Assembly: GCA_942493215.1 (NCBI GenBank)
Contig: OW818670.1
Span: 523,298 to 587,297, forward strand
Direction of reading: 5' to 3'
DNA length: 64,000 nucleotides
Source of the DNA: an uncultured Bacillota bacterium
GTDB lineage: Bacteria > Bacillota_I > Bacilli_A > RF39 > UBA660
This document shows positions 60,393 through 64,000 of this stretch, piece by piece. Each line of letters opens with the position of its first letter. Positions within the stretch are counted from its first letter, which is position 1. The notes beneath the pieces were generated by a model. The model saw only the letters and a program-made list of their open reading frames with translations. It made no database searches and was not told the DNA's origin. The position numbers were made by a program, and so were the translations under genes.

Positions 60393-60414
60393 ACTTATTA
60401 ATGATATAATATTA

Positions 60415-61308
60415 ATGTTATGGAGTGATATAATGATCAAGATAAGTAATGAATGGCAAGATTATGAATGCATTGATGCCGGTAATGGTGAAAAACTAGA
60501 GCGTTGGGGTAAAGTTGTTTTGAGAAGACCAGATCCTCAAGCTATATGGCAAAATGATTTAAGTAATAATTTATGGAATAAACCAGATGGTTACTATCAT
60601 CGTAGTAGTAAGGGTGGTGGTAATTGGGATTTTAATAAACAATTACCTGATTATTGGACTGTTTCTTATAAAAATTTAACATTTAAAGTAAGTCCTACTA
60701 ACTTTAAGCATACCGGTTTATTTCCTGAGCAAGCAGTTAACTGGGATTATATGATGGATAAAATAAGTAATGCCAATAGGCCAATTAAAGTTCTAAATCT
60801 TTTTGCTTATACAGGAGGGGCTACGGTTGCTTGTCTTAAAGCCGGTGCGGAAGTTGTTCATGTTGATGCTGCTAAGGGTATGACCGGGTGGGCAAAAGAG
60901 AATATTAATTTATCTCATTTAGATAATAGTAAAGTACGCTTTATTGTTGATGATTGCCTTAAATTTGTGGAACGGGAATACCGCCGTGGTAACAAGTATG
61001 ATGCTATTATTATGGATCCACCAAGTTTTGGACGTGGTCCAAATGGTGAAATATGGAAATTTGAGCAAAATATTGATTACCTAATTAAAGCTTGTATAAA
61101 AATATTAAGTGACAAGCCTTTATTCTTTTTGATTAATGCTTATACGACGGGTATATCACATACTGTTTTGAATAACATATTAAGAATATCTTTATTATCA
61201 TTATACCCAAATTACAAGATTGAAACAGGGGAAATTGGTTTACCAATTACAACTAATAATTTAGTCTTACCTTGTGGTATCTATGGAAGATTTGAAAGTA
61301 ATGATTAA
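60415..61308 (+). CDS. Class I SAM-dependent methyltransferase (RlmI/YbaJ-like)
   Basis: 297 aa. LFAYTGGATVA, IIMDPPSFGRG. Confidence 0.7.
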   Translation: MLWSDIMIKISNEWQDYECIDAGNGEKLERWGKVVLRRPDPQAIWQNDLSNNLWNKPDGYYHRSSKGGGNWDFNKQLPDYWTVSYKNLTFKVSPTNFKHTGLFPEQAVNWDYMMDKISNANRPIKVLNLFAYTGGATVACLKAGAEVVHVDAAKGMTGWAKENINLSHLDNSKVRFIVDDCLKFVEREYRRGNKYDAIIMDPPSFGRGPNGEIWKFEQNIDYLIKACIKILSDKPLFFLINAYTTGISHTVLNNILRISLLSLYPNYKIETGEIGLPITTNNLVLPCGIYGRFESND

Positions 61309-61951
61309 TATCTTATATGAAGATAATCATTTATTAGTAGTTGAAAAGCCAATTAATATTCCTGTTCAAGCAGATGATAGCAAAGATGAAGATTTGTTAA
61401 CCATTTTAAAGCGATATCTAAAAGATAAATATCATAAGCCAGGTAATGTCTATTTAGGTCTTGTACACCGTTTAGATCGCCCTGTAGGAGGTATTATGGT
61501 GTTTGCTAAGACATCTAAATCAGCTAGCCGCTTAAGCGAACAAATAAGAAATAAACAGTTTCAAAAAAAATATCAAGCTATTGTCTTAAATGATATTAGT
61601 GCTGACGGAGTATTAAAAGATAGACTTTTAAAGGATGAAAAAAATAATATTGTTAAAATAGATCCTAAAGGAAAAGAAGCCATTTTAAATTATCATAAAA
61701 TAGCTTTTAAAGATAATATGTCATTAGTTGATATTAATTTAGAAACAGGACGTAGTCATCAAATAAGGGTCCAATTCTCTAATCATGGTAATCCATTATA
61801 TGGTGATCAAAAGTATAATTTAAAAGCTATAGTTGGTGAACAAATAGCTCTATTTGCTTACAGTCTAACCTTTAAACATCCGACAACCAATGATAACATA
61901 AGTTTTACACTGCCTTTACCTTCTACTTATCCGTGGTCAAACTTTAAATAA
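61274..61951 (+). CDS. RluA-family pseudouridine synthase
   Basis: HRLDRPVGGIMVFAKT catalytic Asp motif. True start probably at an internal Met (about 61301). Confidence 0.75.
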   Translation: MVSMEDLKVMINILYEDNHLLVVEKPINIPVQADDSKDEDLLTILKRYLKDKYHKPGNVYLGLVHRLDRPVGGIMVFAKTSKSASRLSEQIRNKQFQKKYQAIVLNDISADGVLKDRLLKDEKNNIVKIDPKGKEAILNYHKIAFKDNMSLVDINLETGRSHQIRVQFSNHGNPLYGDQKYNLKAIVGEQIALFAYSLTFKHPTTNDNISFTLPLPSTYPWSNFK

Positions 61952-62084
61952 AAAAGAGTAATTTCTAGCAAAAAATTGTTATTTTCTATTTATTCAAATT
62001 GCGATATAAAGAGAATAAAAGTAATATTTTTGTGAAATATAGAGTAAATAGTTAGAAATGTAAAACATTTTACTAAAAATTTAT

Positions 62085-62110
62085 ACACGTAATAAATACG
62101 TGTTTTTTAT
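62085..62110 (+). terminator. Terminator downstream of the RluA-family gene
   Basis: ACACGTA-ataaa-TACGTGT followed by TTTTTTATT. Confidence 0.6.
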
Positions 62111-62143
62111 TGCCCATTAACATATATTTTATTAGGTGATATT

Positions 62144-62806
62144 GTGTTTAAGTATAAATTACTTTTATTATTTCTTTTTGTTTTTAGTCTTTATAGTGTA
62201 GAAATTGTATCGGCATTGACAAGTGGTCCTTTGGCGGGTAAAACTATTTACATTGATCCTGGTCATGGTGGGGTTGATCCGGGTGCTATATACAAAAATA
62301 TTCATGAAGAAACCATTAATCTTGAACTAAGTTTTAAACTGGCATCCGTTTTAGAAGATGCCGGGGCTACGGTTTTATTAACAAGATATGGCGATTATGA
62401 CTTATCATCTAATTATGCCCAGAATCGAAAACGTAGTGACTTATATCAACGAGTAAGAATGCTTAATGCTTCCAATTGTGATTTATACTTGTCAATCCAT
62501 TTAAATGCCGATACTTCTAGTACTTGGTCAGGAGCTCAAGTCTTTTATGATGATATTAATCCTGAAAATATCAAGATTGCTAAAATATTCCAAGATGAAT
62601 TAAAGAAGAATTTACGGACTAAAAGAAAAATAACGGAAATGACGAATATGTATTTACATCGTCGTGTTGAAAGACCAGGCGTATTAGTAGAGGTAGGATT
62701 CTTAACTAATCCAAATGATCGTTATCTTTTAAGACAAAAAACATATCAAGAGAAAGTCGCACAAACACTTTTAACGGCTATAAAAAAATATTTTGTAAGC
62801 AATTAA
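62144..62806 (+). CDS. cwlD: N-acetylmuramoyl-L-alanine amidase (Amidase_3), CwlD-like
   Basis: 220 aa. Signal/anchor, IYIDPGHGGVDPGA, SIHLNA, GFLTN. GTG start after AGGTGAT. Position mirrors B. subtilis rpsI-ybaJ-ybaK-cwlD. Confidence 0.75.
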   Translation: MFKYKLLLLFLFVFSLYSVEIVSALTSGPLAGKTIYIDPGHGGVDPGAIYKNIHEETINLELSFKLASVLEDAGATVLLTRYGDYDLSSNYAQNRKRSDLYQRVRMLNASNCDLYLSIHLNADTSSTWSGAQVFYDDINPENIKIAKIFQDELKKNLRTKRKITEMTNMYLHRRVERPGVLVEVGFLTNPNDRYLLRQKTYQEKVAQTLLTAIKKYFVSN

Positions 62807-62834
62807 ATTATGTTATAATAAAATAGGTGGTAAA

Positions 62835-63767
62835 ATGCGAGAGAAGATATTTAAAACATTAGATGAACAAATTGAAATATTAAAAGAAAAAGGATTAACA
62901 ATAAATGATATAGATAAAACTAAAAGTATTTTGTTTCGTGAAAATTACTTTTTTATTAGTGGTTATCGACAATTATTTATGAGGTCTTTTAAAGATCGAA
63001 AATTTGTTGAAGGAACAACTTTTGAAGAATTATATGCTATGTTTGTTTTTGATCGACGGATTCGTAATATTATGTTCAAAAACATTTTAATTGTGGAAAA
63101 CAATATTAAATCAATTATTAGTTATCAAATGTCAAGAAAATATGGTATTAAAGAGAGTGAATATCTCGATCCTAGAAATTTTAATCAAAGTCCAGATCGT
63201 TTAAGACAAGTAAATGATATTTTAAATAAAATGCGTCGTCAAATAAGAGTTAACGGCAGACAACATACAGCGACAATGCATTATCTTTGCAATTATGGTT
63301 ATATCCCCTTATGGATATTAGTTAAAGTGCTATCGTTTGGTATAATATCAGAATTATATACCATTTTAAAGGTAGAAGACCAAAAAGCTATTGCGGCGGA
63401 ATATAGAATTGATCCTGAATCATTAAGTATTTATTTGGCGTTATTATCTAATTTTAGGAACTTATGTGCTCATGAGGATATTTTATACACACATCGTACC
63501 CAAAGAAACATTCCAAATAATAAATATCATAACGTCCTAAATATTCAAAAACTAGAAGAAGAGTATATTTATGGGAAAAATGACTTATTTGCCTTAATAA
63601 TCATATTGAAAGAAATGCTTAGTTCAAGTGAATTTAATGATTTAATTAATGAAATAAGTTATGAAATAGATGTTTTGGATAGTAAAGTTGATGTCATTCC
63701 ATTAAATCAAATTTTAAATAAAATTGGTTTTCCTGATAATTGGAAAGAAATAAAAGGAATTAATTAA
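62835..63767 (+). CDS. Abi_2-family abortive-infection protein (AbiD/AbiF-like)
   Basis: 310 aa. The N-terminus KIFKTLDEQIEILKEKGLTINDIDKTKSILFRENYFFISGY matches the Abi_2 family signature. Confidence 0.6.
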   Translation: MREKIFKTLDEQIEILKEKGLTINDIDKTKSILFRENYFFISGYRQLFMRSFKDRKFVEGTTFEELYAMFVFDRRIRNIMFKNILIVENNIKSIISYQMSRKYGIKESEYLDPRNFNQSPDRLRQVNDILNKMRRQIRVNGRQHTATMHYLCNYGYIPLWILVKVLSFGIISELYTILKVEDQKAIAAEYRIDPESLSIYLALLSNFRNLCAHEDILYTHRTQRNIPNNKYHNVLNIQKLEEEYIYGKNDLFALIIILKEMLSSSEFNDLINEISYEIDVLDSKVDVIPLNQILNKIGFPDNWKEIKGIN

Positions 63768-63857
63768 TTTTTCACCAAAACAACATATTTTTGACATTTT
63801 GTCATCATAATATTTGTGTTATAATAAACAACGTAATAACTAATGGGAGGAATATTT

Positions 63858-64000
63858 ATGAAAGATATGAAAGAAAAAATAATTTATATTGCTACAATTA
63901 TATTATGTATTTTTATTGGAGTGTCAGGAACAATAATTGTCACTAAATACTTTCCATTGGATGCTAAAGCGGTTGCCGATGGAACAGTAAAGAATGTTAA
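63858..64000 (+). CDS. Partial ORF (N-terminus of a membrane-anchored protein), truncated by the window end
   Basis: ATG after GGGAGG, then MKDMKEKIIYIATIILCIFIGVSGTIIV... Confidence 0.3.
   Translation, partial: MKDMKEKIIYIATIILCIFIGVSGTIIVTKYFPLDAKAVADGTVKNV

Overview
This window is a low-GC (about 28% GC) Firmicute-type chromosomal replication-origin region. It is almost entirely protein-coding, and gene order is Bacillus-like. On the minus strand it runs ricT(partial)-holB-bofA-like-recR-ybaB-dnaX-tadA, then an 825-bp ORF-free spacer, then gyrA-gyrB-recF-comK-like-dnaN-dnaA. DnaA-box clusters flank dnaA. On the plus strand it runs rpmH-rnpA-yidC-jag-mnmE-mnmG-rsmG-rsmA, then an Ig-like-domain surface protein carrying a Cys-repeat region, an AGCS transporter, ung, tilS and ftsH. 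Next come two paralogous giant surface proteins built of tandem Big_2 (bacterial Ig-like group 2) domains, a type-IV-pilin-like gene, and parA-parB-DUF951-AbgT-like-ychF-rpsF-ssb-rpsR. An agr-type quorum-sensing locus follows (LytTR regulator and AgrC-like kinase on plus; AgrD-like peptide and AgrB on minus). The remaining plus-strand genes are cspA, hpf, secA, an operon of a C39-like peptidase, a thioredoxin-like membrane protein, a PH-like protein and a secreted N/Y-rich protein, then nudix, DUF218, ASCH, trpS, ecfA1-ecfA2-ecfT-truA-rplM-rpsI, an HD hydrolase, a SAM methyltransferase, an RluA-family synthase, cwlD, an Abi_2 abortive-infection gene and a partial membrane ORF. No rRNA, tRNA, CRISPR, transposase or integrase was recognised. 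The most unusual element is a compact array of five parS (ParB-binding centromere) palindromes packed into the tadA-gyrA spacer, bracketed by roughly 85-bp direct repeats, while parB itself carries no parS. Other second-look items are the comK-like gene between recF and dnaN, 792-bp near-identical tandem repeats inside the giant Big_2 gene, an orphan prepilin gene, a Cys2 tandem-repeat protein, an apparently unannotated AgrD peptide gene, and the secA-linked peptidase/thioredoxin operon. All calls are from reading the sequence and the ORF translations; no database searches were run.
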